A stretch of 64,000 bases of DNA, taken from positions 1-64,000 of the forward strand of contig JAPDJO010000002.1 of the NCBI GenBank assembly GCA_029259115.1. Reading direction: 5' to 3'. A program made the translations under genes and the position numbers. The DNA comes from Thermoplasmatota archaeon (lineage in GTDB: Archaea > Thermoplasmatota > E2 > DHVEG-1 > B18-G2). The notes beneath the pieces are model-generated. The model searched no databases, had not been told where the DNA came from, and saw only the letters and a program-made list of their open reading frames with translations. Below are positions 1-9,846 of the stretch, piece after piece; positions within the stretch are counted from its first letter, which is position 1, and each line of letters starts with the position of its first letter.

Positions 1-1
1 T

Positions 2-379
2 CCTGCCTGGGAAAGAGAATCAGAAAAATGCCTTGGTTGCGGATTATGCACGCTGGTATGCCCCACATGCAGATGCTACGATGTCAGAGATATACCGGAA
101 CTGGACGGAAAAACAGGAGTGAGAATCAGAAGATGGGATTCCTGCCAGTACTGGAGTCATGGTCTCGTTGCGGGAGGACACAACTTCAGGGAGAGCAAGA
201 TAGAGAGATTCAAAAACAGATATCTCTGCAAAAATGCTTATTGTGCTCCTGTAACCACAGCATACTGCGTTGGTTGCGGAAGATGCACCTACTTCTGTCC
301 GGCGGGTATAGATTTCAAAAAGGTTCTTATGGAGATAAGGGGTGAGATTGAGGATGGAAAACGTGTACAACACACATAG
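2..379 (+). CDS. hydB: Sulfhydrogenase/NADP-reducing [NiFe] hydrogenase beta subunit, 3' part (5'-truncated by window)
   Basis: Frame 2 is open from position 2: [19 protein letters not shown]...RRWDSCQ...[12 protein letters not shown], two 4Fe-4S motifs typical of HydB/AsrA. First gene of the hydBGDA order. Confidence 0.9.
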   Translation, partial: PAWERESEKCLGCGLCTLVCPTCRCYDVRDIPELDGKTGVRIRRWDSCQYWSHGLVAGGHNFRESKIERFKNRYLCKNAYCAPVTTAYCVGCGRCTYFCPAGIDFKKVLMEIRGEIEDGKRVQHT

Positions 380-1205
380 ATGCATGCTGCTGAGAGTGTA
401 TGATCTCACAAGCAAGGATAAGTTATTCCTGTTCAGGTTTGTCGAGCCAGAGATCGCTGAGAAATGGACTTTCAAGCCCGGTCAGTTTGTTCAGCTCTCC
501 TTACCCGGTCTTGGAGAAGTCCCAATATCTATATGCTCATCGCCAACAAGAAGAGCATTCTTTGAACTGTGTATAAGAAAAGTTGGAAGAGTGACCGCAA
601 GAATACACGAGTTGAAACCTGGAGATATAGTTGGCATAAGAGGACCATATGGAAACGGCTTCCCGGTCGAGAAATTTGAAGGACTTGATTTACTCATCGT
701 GGCAGCCGGCATAGGCATGGCGCCCCTTAGGTCGGTTTTTCTCTACGCCATGGACAACAGGTGGAAGTTTGGAAATATAACCGTGATACATTCTGCTAAG
801 TATGGAAACGAACTCGTCTTTGCAAAGGAACTCGAAGCCATGAAGGATATTGCTGAGGCGGAAAATGTGAAAATCATACTGACCACCACGCGTGACCCTG
901 AATGGAAAGGACTCAAAGGAAGGGCGAGCGAGCATCTTGATAAGGTGAATGTTGAACCATCCAGATGTGCTGTCGTGATATGTGGACCACCCAAGATGTA
1001 TAGATCGATGTTCGAAAGGTTGATGAAAGAGGGGTACGACCCAAGAAGAATTTTCGTTACTCTTGAGAGAAGAATGAAATGCGGTGTTGGAAAATGCGGA
1101 CACTGCGTTGCAGGAACCTCTACCTCCTGGAAATATGTATGCAAGGATGGACCCGTCTTCGATTACTATGATATTATATCCACACCCGGTCTACTCGAAG
1201 ATTAG
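354..1205 (+). CDS. hydG: Sulfhydrogenase gamma subunit (FAD/NAD-binding, 2Fe-2S)
   Basis: [57 protein letters not shown] motifs. ATG at 354. Confidence 0.93.
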   Translation: MENVYNTHRCMLLRVYDLTSKDKLFLFRFVEPEIAEKWTFKPGQFVQLSLPGLGEVPISICSSPTRRAFFELCIRKVGRVTARIHELKPGDIVGIRGPYGNGFPVEKFEGLDLLIVAAGIGMAPLRSVFLYAMDNRWKFGNITVIHSAKYGNELVFAKELEAMKDIAEAENVKIILTTTRDPEWKGLKGRASEHLDKVNVEPSRCAVVICGPPKMYRSMFERLMKEGYDPRRIFVTLERRMKCGVGKCGHCVAGTSTSWKYVCKDGPVFDYYDIISTPGLLED

Positions 1206-1219
1206 GAGGATGGAATATC

Positions 1220-2023
1220 ATGAAGAAGATATTGGTTCACGCCCTCACTTCCTGCTACGGCTGCCAGCTCCAACTGGCTGCTCTGGAAGAGTTTGACGTG
1301 ATATCCAAGAATTTCGAGATTCTGCATTTCCCCATGATCTCATCTAGGGAAGTTGAGGATAAAGTTGATATCGCTTTCGTAGAAGGTTCCGTGAGTACAG
1401 AAAAGGATCTTGCTGAATTGAAGAAAATCAGGGAAAGATCAAATCTCCTTGTCGCCCTGGGAACATGTGCCTCCTTTGGTGGAGTCCAATCCTGGGATGA
1501 TAGAAGTTACGAGGAACTCTACAGAGACGTGTATGGAACGACAACAATAAAATTTGCAGGACGGAAGGCGGAGCCCCTCTCAAAGCATGTCCATGTAGAT
1601 TACATACTTCCAGGTTGTCCACCCGAAAAATGGGAGATAAAGTACTTTCTTGCATGTTTTCTGATAAATTCATGGCCTGAGGTTATAGATTATCCGGTCT
1701 GCCAGGAATGCAGAGCAAAGGGAAATCCCTGTGTACTGATGGAGAAGGGAGAGATGTGTCTGGGACCAGTAACAAGAGGTGGGTGTGATGCCAGATGCCC
1801 ATCGCATGGTATTGCATGCACGGGTTGTAGAGGCTCGCTACCATTTGGAGTTGCATGGTTCGATTCGCTAGCAAAAATATTTTTGAAAAATGGATTCTCT
1901 CCTGAGGATATTCGAAAACGGTTGCGCATCTTCTTTGCCGGAGACAAGGATCTTGAAGAGAAACTGAACAGGGTTTTTTCAAAAAGAGGTGATAATGTTG
2001 AAAAAAGAAGTGAAGATAGTTAG
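1220..2023 (+). CDS. hydD: [NiFe] hydrogenase group 3b small (delta) subunit
   Basis: LTSCYGCQ, FVEGSV, LGTCASFGG, PGCPP, CLGPVTRGGCDARCP motifs. Confidence 0.93.
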   Translation: MKKILVHALTSCYGCQLQLAALEEFDVISKNFEILHFPMISSREVEDKVDIAFVEGSVSTEKDLAELKKIRERSNLLVALGTCASFGGVQSWDDRSYEELYRDVYGTTTIKFAGRKAEPLSKHVHVDYILPGCPPEKWEIKYFLACFLINSWPEVIDYPVCQECRAKGNPCVLMEKGEMCLGPVTRGGCDARCPSHGIACTGCRGSLPFGVAWFDSLAKIFLKNGFSPEDIRKRLRIFFAGDKDLEEKLNRVFSKRGDNVEKRSEDS

Positions 2024-3308
2024 ACCAATAGTCGTGGACCACATAGCAAGAATAGAGGGTAAAGCAGGAATAGAGGTCATAATGAGAGAAGATGGTAAAG
2101 CGGTTGCGAAGGTTAATGTGATAGAAGGACCGCGATTTTTTGAAAGTATAGTGAGAGGGAAACATGTTAACGAAGCCGTTACTGTACTATCCAGAATCTG
2201 CTCCTTCTGCTCTGCAGCCCATAAGCTAACTGCTGTTATGTGTGCAGAGAAAGCCCTTGGTATAGAGGTGAGTGAGCAGGTTGCAAAACTCAGGGAACTT
2301 CTCTATCTTGCAAACCATATAGAGAGTCACTCTCTACATCTCTTCTTTCTGGTATTTCCGGATCTGCTTGGATATCATGATGTAATTGAGATGGGTAAGG
2401 ACTATCCCGATGTGCTTTCTGCTGCCCTGAAACTTAAGGAAGTTTCAGCAAGGGTTCAGGATATCATAGGCTCCAGATTCATACACGCGGAGAATGTGAT
2501 ACCCGGCGGTTTCTCGAAGTTACCAAGCAGGGAAAAACTGAAAGAGATTGCCAAAGAGTATGAAGAAATCGAAAAACTTGCCGAGATTCCGATGGAGATT
2601 TTGATGAGTTTTGAATATCCTGATTATCTCAACAGAGATAGGATTCACATAGCCGTCAAACCTTATGGAGAGGAGTATACGGTCATCGGAAAAGATATAG
2701 AAACAAATGATAACGATACTTTCAATCCAGAGAATTATAAGGATGTGTTAAAAGAGAAGGTGGTTTCACACTCCTTCGCAAAGCATGTTTTCTACAAGGG
2801 AAAAAGGTTCATGACCGGTGCAATCTCCAGATACACGATTTTCAAGAACCTGATGATTGGTAAGGCAAGAGAGAAAGCCGTGCTGAGAAGCTCTTTGCTG
2901 GACCCACGCAACCCATTTTCCAACAACTTTGCACAGGCTGTAGAACTGATGTATTTCATTGATAAATCAAAAAGGCTTGCTGAGGAACTTGCAGAATCCA
3001 TAAAAGATGAAAGACCTGCCACACCAAGCAAAAGGAGTGGAGATGCCACCGTATGCACGGAGGCGCCGCGCGGCACCCTGATTTACAGCATGAAGATAAA
3101 GAACAATACCGTTGTGGATGCAGACATAATAACTCCAACAGCCATGTTTCTGGCTCTCATGGAGGAAGATATAAGAATTGCAGCGGAACACATGTGGAAA
3201 GATGGAGAGAAGAATGTGGAAGAAATCTCCAGAAAACTTCAGATGCTGGTGAGAGCCTATGATCCGTGCATATCATGCAGTGTGCACATCTGCCATGTGC
3301 GCGAATAA
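1995..3308 (+). CDS. hydA: [NiFe] hydrogenase group 3b large (alpha) subunit
   Basis: ARIEG, L1 motif RICSFC, EAPRG, L2 motif DPCISCSVH plus a short cleavable C-terminal tail. Confidence 0.95.
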   Translation: MLKKEVKIVRPIVVDHIARIEGKAGIEVIMREDGKAVAKVNVIEGPRFFESIVRGKHVNEAVTVLSRICSFCSAAHKLTAVMCAEKALGIEVSEQVAKLRELLYLANHIESHSLHLFFLVFPDLLGYHDVIEMGKDYPDVLSAALKLKEVSARVQDIIGSRFIHAENVIPGGFSKLPSREKLKEIAKEYEEIEKLAEIPMEILMSFEYPDYLNRDRIHIAVKPYGEEYTVIGKDIETNDNDTFNPENYKDVLKEKVVSHSFAKHVFYKGKRFMTGAISRYTIFKNLMIGKAREKAVLRSSLLDPRNPFSNNFAQAVELMYFIDKSKRLAEELAESIKDERPATPSKRSGDATVCTEAPRGTLIYSMKIKNNTVVDADIITPTAMFLALMEEDIRIAAEHMWKDGEKNVEEISRKLQMLVRAYDPCISCSVHICHVRE

Positions 3309-3735
3309 GAGAGTGCTCGTAGCATCCATGGGAAATCCGTTGATAGATTATGATAGTATCGCATACAGGGTTGTTGAATCTCTCCCGGATTTATCATTCA
3401 TAAGGAAAGTTCACCTTTTTGCTGACCCTCTTTCATTGGTAGCAGTCTACAGAGATGAAGATGGTATCATTCTGGTTGATGTATGCGATTCAGATAAGAT
3501 TCACGTAATGGATGCAGAAGAGATTTACAGAGTGGAGTCGAAAGGAATATCATCCCATGTTATAGGCATAAGGTCAGCCATGGAGATACTGAACTTGATG
3601 AATCACAGAATATCTCACATTCAAAAGATTTTTGTTTTCTTTCCCTCTGGAAAACATAATTCGGAAAAAATGAAATTTTTCTCATCTATGCTGATGGATA
3701 TAATAAGAGATTTTTCTGCTCGCTGTATCGAGTAA
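3295..3735 (+). CDS. Hydrogenase maturation protease (HycI/HybD family)
   Basis: VLVASMGNPLIDYD, IILVD and SSH motifs. Directly follows and overlaps hydA. Start chosen at ATG 3295. Confidence 0.8.
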   Translation: MCANKRVLVASMGNPLIDYDSIAYRVVESLPDLSFIRKVHLFADPLSLVAVYRDEDGIILVDVCDSDKIHVMDAEEIYRVESKGISSHVIGIRSAMEILNLMNHRISHIQKIFVFFPSGKHNSEKMKFFSSMLMDIIRDFSARCIE

Positions 3736-4052
3736 CAAGAGTGATGTTTTATACCATGGCGAGAAAGTTATGAGATATAATATTCCGAATTAAGTTCTTT
3801 CGAGTGATTCGAGTTTGTCATCAATCACCTTTCCCGATAAGTTTAGAAGTAAACTCTGAAACAAGATCTTGATACCCTAAATGAATTTAGCCCTTCTTCC
3901 GGGATGCATTTTCCCTTATTTCCAGATCGAAGTTGAACCTTGCATCGATCCTTCTAGGAGGGAGTAATTTTGGAATAATACACTCTGAACTTTTCTACGC
4001 AAAATATATAAATTAAAATCACTTTGAAATTACCTGCTAGGAGAGGGATATA

Positions 4053-4952
4053 ATGGGATGCATACTAGATGATGATCTTATTACCAATGTTAAACTCGAT
4101 TATATCCAAGATTTTGAGATGATGTTTGGCAGGATGAAATTGGAGAGACCAAGAGAGGCTGCGGCCTACTATACCATTCTTGTCATGGATAATCCAAAAG
4201 AATTCTCAGATTTCTTAAGAATATCTGAAAAACTCGCAAATATTACGAGACGACCGCTAGAAGCAGGACGTTCATGTCTCTTCAAGAATGGTTTGATAGC
4301 TAAGGTTTTATTTTCCAGTGAGAATAGTGAAGAAGAGTTTGGTAGGGAGAGATATCTTCCTGTGAATCCTAGGGTGATATGGGAAGAGACGAAAGAGAAT
4401 CTCAAGCCAGTTATAAGCGAAGATACTTATCAGAATATAGAGAAACATATCGACGATATGGTATCAGCGTATAACCAAAATTTCAAGGCCTATGGTATAA
4501 AGTTGATGAGGAGTGGAAACGTTACTCTGCAGTACAGTAAAAGATGGATATTCTATGTTATGCTTAGCAACTCCTTAGAGAAAGGAGAAGATCTGAAGAT
4601 CCACATAGGAAGCGAAAATATATCTGAAGAATCTACGATCAGATATTTGAAAAGATTCCTCGAGTTGAGTAAAAAGGTCAGGATGATTGTTGAAAGGGAA
4701 GAAAATCTTCAGCCTGTAATCAAACTAAAGGAGGAATATAGGGACAAGCTCGATGTTAGATATTTCCCAGATGAAATAACCGGTTTGATGAGAAATTTTG
4801 TTTTTGGTAAGGAGTTAGCAGTTACCAGTATGAAAATACTATCTGAAGGAGAAGAAACTTCTTACATTGGTACAGCCTATGTGGATCTAGAAGATATAGA
4901 CGAGTTGAACAGAAAATTCGAGAGTTTATGGAATCTTGCTAAACCTGTCTAA
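4053..4952 (+). CDS. TrmB-like transcriptional regulator (divergent)
   Basis: N-terminal HTH-like region (EAAAYYTIL...LFKNGLI...YLPVNP) and C-terminal KFESLWNLAKP ending typical of TrmB effector domains. Confidence 0.55.
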   Translation: MGCILDDDLITNVKLDYIQDFEMMFGRMKLERPREAAAYYTILVMDNPKEFSDFLRISEKLANITRRPLEAGRSCLFKNGLIAKVLFSSENSEEEFGRERYLPVNPRVIWEETKENLKPVISEDTYQNIEKHIDDMVSAYNQNFKAYGIKLMRSGNVTLQYSKRWIFYVMLSNSLEKGEDLKIHIGSENISEESTIRYLKRFLELSKKVRMIVEREENLQPVIKLKEEYRDKLDVRYFPDEITGLMRNFVFGKELAVTSMKILSEGEETSYIGTAYVDLEDIDELNRKFESLWNLAKPV

Positions 4953-5996
4953 ATTTTCTTGAAGAGAGAAGGATAGAGCCATCATCGCTGACGCTATTGC
5001 TGAATCTGTTGCTATCGTTACGCCAGGGCAGAGATCTATTATCATATCTGCAAATCTGTATATTCCAGTTGGTATCCCCTCTCTCGAGCCTATGAGGAAA
5101 TTCGTCCTTTTTTCCTTTATAACCATTTCAGCGAGATCTTTGGAAACTCTGCTAATAGGTCTTCCTTCTGGCTCGAAGACGATTAATTTTTCATTCTTTC
5201 TCTCCCTAACAGCTTCGTAGAGATTTTGGACATAAACATCTACCTTCCTGGGCGTATGAGAATATACCTTCCTTTGAATCTTGTATCTGCTTTCGATTCC
5301 TTGATATATCCCTTCCAAAAACTCTTTTAGCTCATTGGCCTCACATCTCCCTATTGGAGAGATGATAAGTTCTCCTATTTCAAAGGTTTGAGCCTCTCTC
5401 CCTATCCTTATGCCCATCTCCTTTGAAGCCTGGACATTTCCCAGATAGGGCATTTGAAAAATACTAACCTTTCTAAAGAAATTTCTTATTTCTATCTTCT
5501 CCTTGCTTTTTTTCTTTGGAAATTCCTTCCCATCAATTACTCCGATATAGGCATAATCTCCTAAGATTTCAACAAAGACCACCTTTTCTGGAAAATCCAG
5601 ATTAACCTCTTTGTTGGTCTTTTTCCTTATAATATCTCCAACCAAAACATTGACATCTATACTAGAGAAACTATGTTTACCTCTCCTCGTTGTTCTTACC
5701 GCAAAACAACCATCTATCTCTCCAATTAATGAATCCAAACTTTCAGATATAGATTTTAGATCTGCCTTGCTCACAATCTTAACTGGAAAAACCTTCTCTG
5801 CTTCTGGTAAGCTATCTTTTATAATGTTTGCAGCATCTCTCTTACTCGAGGATACTAAAACCAATCCAGAATAATTCAGAGGTTTTGGAAGAACCTTTGA
5901 ATCTGGGATTAGATCCTCTATAAGACTAGCGACAATATTTTCATATCCCCTCTTTGTTTTGACTATAACCTTGACTTCTTTGAAATCAAACATCAT
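4926..5996 (-). CDS. THUMP domain plus SPOUT RNA methyltransferase (AF2226-like)
   Basis: THUMP (FAVRTTRRGKHSFSS...VNLDFPEKVVFVEI) followed by SPOUT knot (VFEPEG, FLIGSREGIP, DLCPGVTIATD). Start taken at ATG 5996. Confidence 0.8.
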   Translation of the reverse strand: MMFDFKEVKVIVKTKRGYENIVASLIEDLIPDSKVLPKPLNYSGLVLVSSSKRDAANIIKDSLPEAEKVFPVKIVSKADLKSISESLDSLIGEIDGCFAVRTTRRGKHSFSSIDVNVLVGDIIRKKTNKEVNLDFPEKVVFVEILGDYAYIGVIDGKEFPKKKSKEKIEIRNFFRKVSIFQMPYLGNVQASKEMGIRIGREAQTFEIGELIISPIGRCEANELKEFLEGIYQGIESRYKIQRKVYSHTPRKVDVYVQNLYEAVRERKNEKLIVFEPEGRPISRVSKDLAEMVIKEKRTNFLIGSREGIPTGIYRFADMIIDLCPGVTIATDSAIASAMMALSFSLQENLDRFSKIP

Positions 5997-6282
5997 ATCA
6001 GATTTAGAATAAACTGGAGAAAGATAAAAAATTCGTAAAGACATTAATATGATACAAACAAATAGCAAGACGCAATCGCTTACAGCTTTTTATCTAATCA
6101 TAAATCAACTGAAAGAATCTAGAATAGAAAGATGTAAAAATCTGAAGTTTGTCGAGACAGAAATCAAGAAGTTTTTAATTTAACAGAGAAAGAAAATAGG
6201 AAAATTACTTGACGAGATGGAAAATCCTTGCACCCCCAAATCTATTTAAATTTTTAAGGGATAAAGAAGAAGGGGAAGGAAA

Positions 6283-7170
6283 GTGAATAAAGATATCACC
6301 CTCGTATTGGGGCTGGTGATCATATTTCTAATAGCCCTAACAGGATGTACAGAAACACAAACTGAAAATGCACTGCCACAGACACCATCAGGAGAACAAC
6401 AAGAGGAAACACAGAATCTTAAACCCGTAGCTATCATAAATGTAGATAAAACAAGTGGTGATGCACCATTAACCGTTACTTTTGATGGCTCTCAGAGTTA
6501 TGATCCAGATGGAGAGATAGTGAACTATACATGGTATTTCCCAGCAGAATTGGATAAAAGACAGAAAATAGAGAATAGCACAAGATATGGAAAAACAGTA
6601 TCCCATACATTTTTTGAAAGTGGAAAGAAGATTGTGGAATTAAGAGTTATAGATAACAACGGATCTTCTGCATGGGCTGAAATCAATATCACAGTCAATG
6701 AAGCACCACAATTAGGATCAAGAATGAATCCAGCACCAATAGGAACATCTTTGATATATAATGTAACAGATAGTTGGCTCTATGGAGATTATTCTGTTAA
6801 AATAACAGTTTTGCAAGTCATAAGGGGATCTCAAGCATGGCAGATGATACATGATGCAAATATGTTTAATGATCCGCCAGAACAGGGATATGAGTATATT
6901 CTTGCAAAAATTAGATTTGAATATCTCTGGAACTCAGATCCAAATCAAGATATAGATATATCGCAATATTCCTTCGATGTCTTTTCAGAGGATGGTGTAA
7001 AATATGATGAGCCGATAATTGTTGCACCAGATCCACAACTATCTACAACTCTCTATCCCGGTGGAATCAAAGAAGGATGGGGAGCATATCAGGTTGCCAT
7101 AGATGATGAGCATCCATTACTCGTATATGATCAAATACATGGTGGTGTATGGTTCAAACTATACTATTAA
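6283..7170 (+). CDS. Secreted lipoprotein with PKD domain and C-terminal DUF4352-like Ig domain
   Basis: Signal with lipobox ALTGC. PKD motif APLTVTFDGSQSYDPDGEIVNYTWYF. GSRMNPAPIG and LYPGGIKEGW in the C-domain. Confidence 0.75.
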   Translation: MNKDITLVLGLVIIFLIALTGCTETQTENALPQTPSGEQQEETQNLKPVAIINVDKTSGDAPLTVTFDGSQSYDPDGEIVNYTWYFPAELDKRQKIENSTRYGKTVSHTFFESGKKIVELRVIDNNGSSAWAEINITVNEAPQLGSRMNPAPIGTSLIYNVTDSWLYGDYSVKITVLQVIRGSQAWQMIHDANMFNDPPEQGYEYILAKIRFEYLWNSDPNQDIDISQYSFDVFSEDGVKYDEPIIVAPDPQLSTTLYPGGIKEGWGAYQVAIDDEHPLLVYDQIHGGVWFKLYY

Positions 7171-7251
7171 ATGGAAGGGAGGAAAATAGCTCGTGATCAA
7201 AAAAGTGGCAAAAATAGGCTCTTTTAATCAAAATCTAAGATGGAAAAGAGA

Positions 7252-7326
7252 TGCTCCCGCCGGGATTTGAACCCGGGTCTACGGCTCGAGAGGCCGTTAT
7301 GATTGGCCGGGCTACACCACGGGAGC
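7252..7326 (-). tRNA. tRNA-Glu (CTC), no intron, CCA not encoded
   Basis: Reverse complement folds as a cloverleaf: acceptor GCTCCCG/CGGGAGC, anticodon arm ACGGC-CTCTCGA-GCCGT, T-loop TTCAAAT. Confidence 0.96.
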
Positions 7327-7327
7327 A

Positions 7328-7522
7328 TCATCCTCCAGAAGATACTCTTATCAAGGTTATCTCTTCTTCATTCCCTATGTACTCGTCTATGGGTATGGGT
7401 TTCTTTCCCTTGAGAACTATTACTTCGTCTGGTCTGAGATTCAAGGATCTTACTAGATCTTCTGCTTTCCCATCAAAGTCCTTTCTGATTCTCTTGTTCT
7501 CTGGTAACAGCTTTATCTCCAT
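7328..7522 (-). CDS. ThiS/MoaD/SAMP-family ubiquitin-like sulfur carrier
   Basis: 64 aa, beta-grasp size, ends in di-glycine (RVSSGG). Confidence 0.85.
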   Translation of the reverse strand: MEIKLLPENKRIRKDFDGKAEDLVRSLNLRPDEVIVLKGKKPIPIDEYIGNEEEITLIRVSSGG

Positions 7523-7567
7523 GAACCGATAGGGTAATATAAAACCCTTAGATTAAATTTTTGTAGA

Positions 7568-7654
7568 GCTGGGGTAGCCTAGCCAGGCCAAGGCGGCGGC
7601 CTCGAGAGCCGCTGGTGCAAGGGCACCACAAGGGTTCAAATCCCTTCCCCAGCG
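7568..7654 (+). tRNA. tRNA-Ser (CGA), long variable arm, CCA not encoded
   Basis: Acceptor GCTGGGG/CCCCAGC, anticodon arm GCGGC-CTCGAGA-GCCGC, variable arm GGTGC-AAGG-GCACC, discriminator G. Confidence 0.95.
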
Positions 7655-7701
7655 CTTGTTACAGCACATTTATTAATAACCTATACTCTACTGAAAACAA
7701 G

Positions 7702-9384
7702 ATGGAGGGTGAGGAGAGAGCGAGAGTCATCAGTAGTTTACCCTTTAATCCGAAAATAGCCTATTTTTCAATGGAGATATTTGTTGATAGTAAGATTCCA
7801 ACATACAGTGGTGGTTTGGGTGTTTTGGCTGGAGATATGATAAGAACATTTGCTGATCTTAACATCCCAGCAGTTGCTGTAACTCTATTGTCTGAAAAAG
7901 GTTATTTTTATCAGGAAATAACAGAAGATGGCAGACAGATAGAAAAACCAGAAGTCTTCGATCCCAAAGAGCATCTTGTACTTATAGCAAAAGATGTAAC
8001 TGTTAAGATAGCTGGAACCGATGTTAAGGTGAGACCTTGGTGTTACTTTGTGAGAGGAATATCTGGTTACAAGGTTCCTGTTATTTTTTTGGATACGAAT
8101 CTGGAAGAGAATGGTAAATGGGAAAGGAAGCTAACAAGTTATCTTTATGGTGGTAACTCAGATTACAGGCTCGGACAGGAGATCATCCTGGGCATAGGAG
8201 GGATGAAGGTACTGAAAGCTCTAGGATTTTACTCCATCTATCGCTTTCATATGAATGAAGGGCATGCCAGTTTTTTAGCTCTCGAACTGTACAAAAGAAC
8301 AAAGAATGTCGATTTTGTTAGGAAACAGTGCGTATTTACAACCCATACACCTGTCAGAGCGGGACATGATCTATTCGACTTGGATAAGGTTCTGCACTTC
8401 CTCGAAGATTTTCCCGATGAGATTATTCCCAACGTTACGACAGATGGAAAGCTAAATATGACAAAGCTAGGTATGTTCTTCAGCCATTACATAAATGGAG
8501 TTGCGAAGAAGCACAGGGAAACTTCCATGGGCATGTTTCCCCACTATTCTATTGATTCTATAACGAATGGAGTACATTCCTTAACATGGGTATCAGAACC
8601 TTTTCATGAGATATTTGATAAATACATGCCCGGCTGGCGTATGGATCCTTACATACTAAGGTCTGCTTCAGGAATACCAAATGACGTGATATGGAAAGCT
8701 CATCTTAGAGCTAAAGAAAAACTGATCAAGTTCGTGAATGAGAGATTTGAACAAAACTTTGATATGGATAAATTCACTATAGGTTTTGCTAGGAGGATGA
8801 CAGCCTATAAGAGACCTTATCTCCTTTTTTATGATCCAGAAAGGCTAAGAAAACTGGGTGAGAAGTTCGGTGGTCTACAGATTGTATATTCTGGAAAGGC
8901 ACATCCCAAAGATGTTGAGGGAAAGGAAATCATAACGAGAGTCATAAAGATCGGAAAAAGCTTGAAGCCTGAAATCAAGTTCGTATTTATCCCAAATTAC
9001 AACCCAGATATAGCTAAGCTATTGGTGAGTGGCGTAGATCTCTGGTTGAATACTCCAAGAATACCAATGGAAGCATCTGGTACATCAGGTATGAAGGCTG
9101 CTCATAATGGAGTTCCTCAACTCAGCACTCTCGATGGATGGTGGAAAGAAGGATATATAGAGGGTGTTACCGGATGGGCGATAGGTAGAGAGGATCAAGA
9201 ATCCGATGATGCGAGAGATAGTAGAGATATGTACGATAAGCTCGAGTATAGAATATTGCCCGTATTTTACAAGTATAGGGAAAGGTGGACAGAGATAATG
9301 AAAAATTGTATAGCCTTAAACGCTTCTTTCTTCAACACGCAGAGGATGGTTGAGCAATATGTATTGAACGCTTATTTCCTATAA
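7702..9384 (+). CDS. glgP: Alpha-glucan (glycogen/maltodextrin) phosphorylase, GT35
   Basis: AYFSME, YSGGLGVLAGD, HMNEGH, FTTHTP, GFARRMTAYKR and the PLP motif EASGTSGMKA. Real start is ATG 7702, downstream of the tRNA. Confidence 0.93.
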   Translation: MEGEERARVISSLPFNPKIAYFSMEIFVDSKIPTYSGGLGVLAGDMIRTFADLNIPAVAVTLLSEKGYFYQEITEDGRQIEKPEVFDPKEHLVLIAKDVTVKIAGTDVKVRPWCYFVRGISGYKVPVIFLDTNLEENGKWERKLTSYLYGGNSDYRLGQEIILGIGGMKVLKALGFYSIYRFHMNEGHASFLALELYKRTKNVDFVRKQCVFTTHTPVRAGHDLFDLDKVLHFLEDFPDEIIPNVTTDGKLNMTKLGMFFSHYINGVAKKHRETSMGMFPHYSIDSITNGVHSLTWVSEPFHEIFDKYMPGWRMDPYILRSASGIPNDVIWKAHLRAKEKLIKFVNERFEQNFDMDKFTIGFARRMTAYKRPYLLFYDPERLRKLGEKFGGLQIVYSGKAHPKDVEGKEIITRVIKIGKSLKPEIKFVFIPNYNPDIAKLLVSGVDLWLNTPRIPMEASGTSGMKAAHNGVPQLSTLDGWWKEGYIEGVTGWAIGREDQESDDARDSRDMYDKLEYRILPVFYKYRERWTEIMKNCIALNASFFNTQRMVEQYVLNAYFL

Positions 9385-9449
9385 CGATAGAGATATATAT
9401 TTGATAAGAAATTTGGGTTTTGTAATTTTTAATTTGTGTGGAGGTAGGA

Positions 9450-9833
9450 ATGAGTGTAACAAAGATGTTTGGTGAGAGTGCAGGTAAGATATGGAGATTC
9501 TTGGAAGAGAAAGGGAGATGTTCCGAATCTAAAATCAAAAGGAAAACAAAGCTTAGCAATGAGGAATTCTATGGCGCTATTGGCTGGCTCGCGAGAGAGG
9601 ACAAGATAAGAAAGTTTGGTAGATTTTATGAGCTTGGCAATACCAATCTTGTCTGGGATATAGGCAGCAGAGCAGGGAAGGTCTGGAGAACTCTCAACAT
9701 ATGGGGAGAACTCACAGAGGATGAACTCGCAGAGCTTCTGGATATGGATAAAAAAGAAGTGCTGTCTGCTCTCGGCTGGCTTGCGAGAGAAGATAAGGTT
9801 GAGTTTGTTAACGGAAAATGGATGTTAAAGTGA
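9450..9833 (+). CDS. Tandem DUF2582-like winged helix-turn-helix protein
   Basis: Two internal repeats: AGKIWRFL...AIGWLAREDKI and AGKVWRTL...ALGWLAREDKV. Confidence 0.75.
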   Translation: MSVTKMFGESAGKIWRFLEEKGRCSESKIKRKTKLSNEEFYGAIGWLAREDKIRKFGRFYELGNTNLVWDIGSRAGKVWRTLNIWGELTEDELAELLDMDKKEVLSALGWLAREDKVEFVNGKWMLK

Positions 9834-9846
9834 AGGAGAAAAAGGA

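Noticed and set aside
28-345. 105-aa ORF in frame 1
   Set aside because: Overlaps the hydB reading in frame 2, which carries the conserved Cys motifs.
3736-4052. Possible gene remnant between the maturation protease and the TrmB-like gene
   Set aside because: Only short minus-strand fragments with no recognisable motif.
6049-6250. 44-codon ORF and following fragment upstream of the PKD lipoprotein
   Set aside because: No SD, motif or recognisable family; cannot be supported.
7251-7532. 93-aa plus-strand ORF (MLPPGFEPGS...)
   Set aside because: Antisense translation of tRNA-Glu and the SAMP gene; a typical tRNA shadow ORF.
7615-7701. N-terminal extension of the phosphorylase ORF
   Set aside because: Begins inside tRNA-Ser; the real start is ATG 7702.
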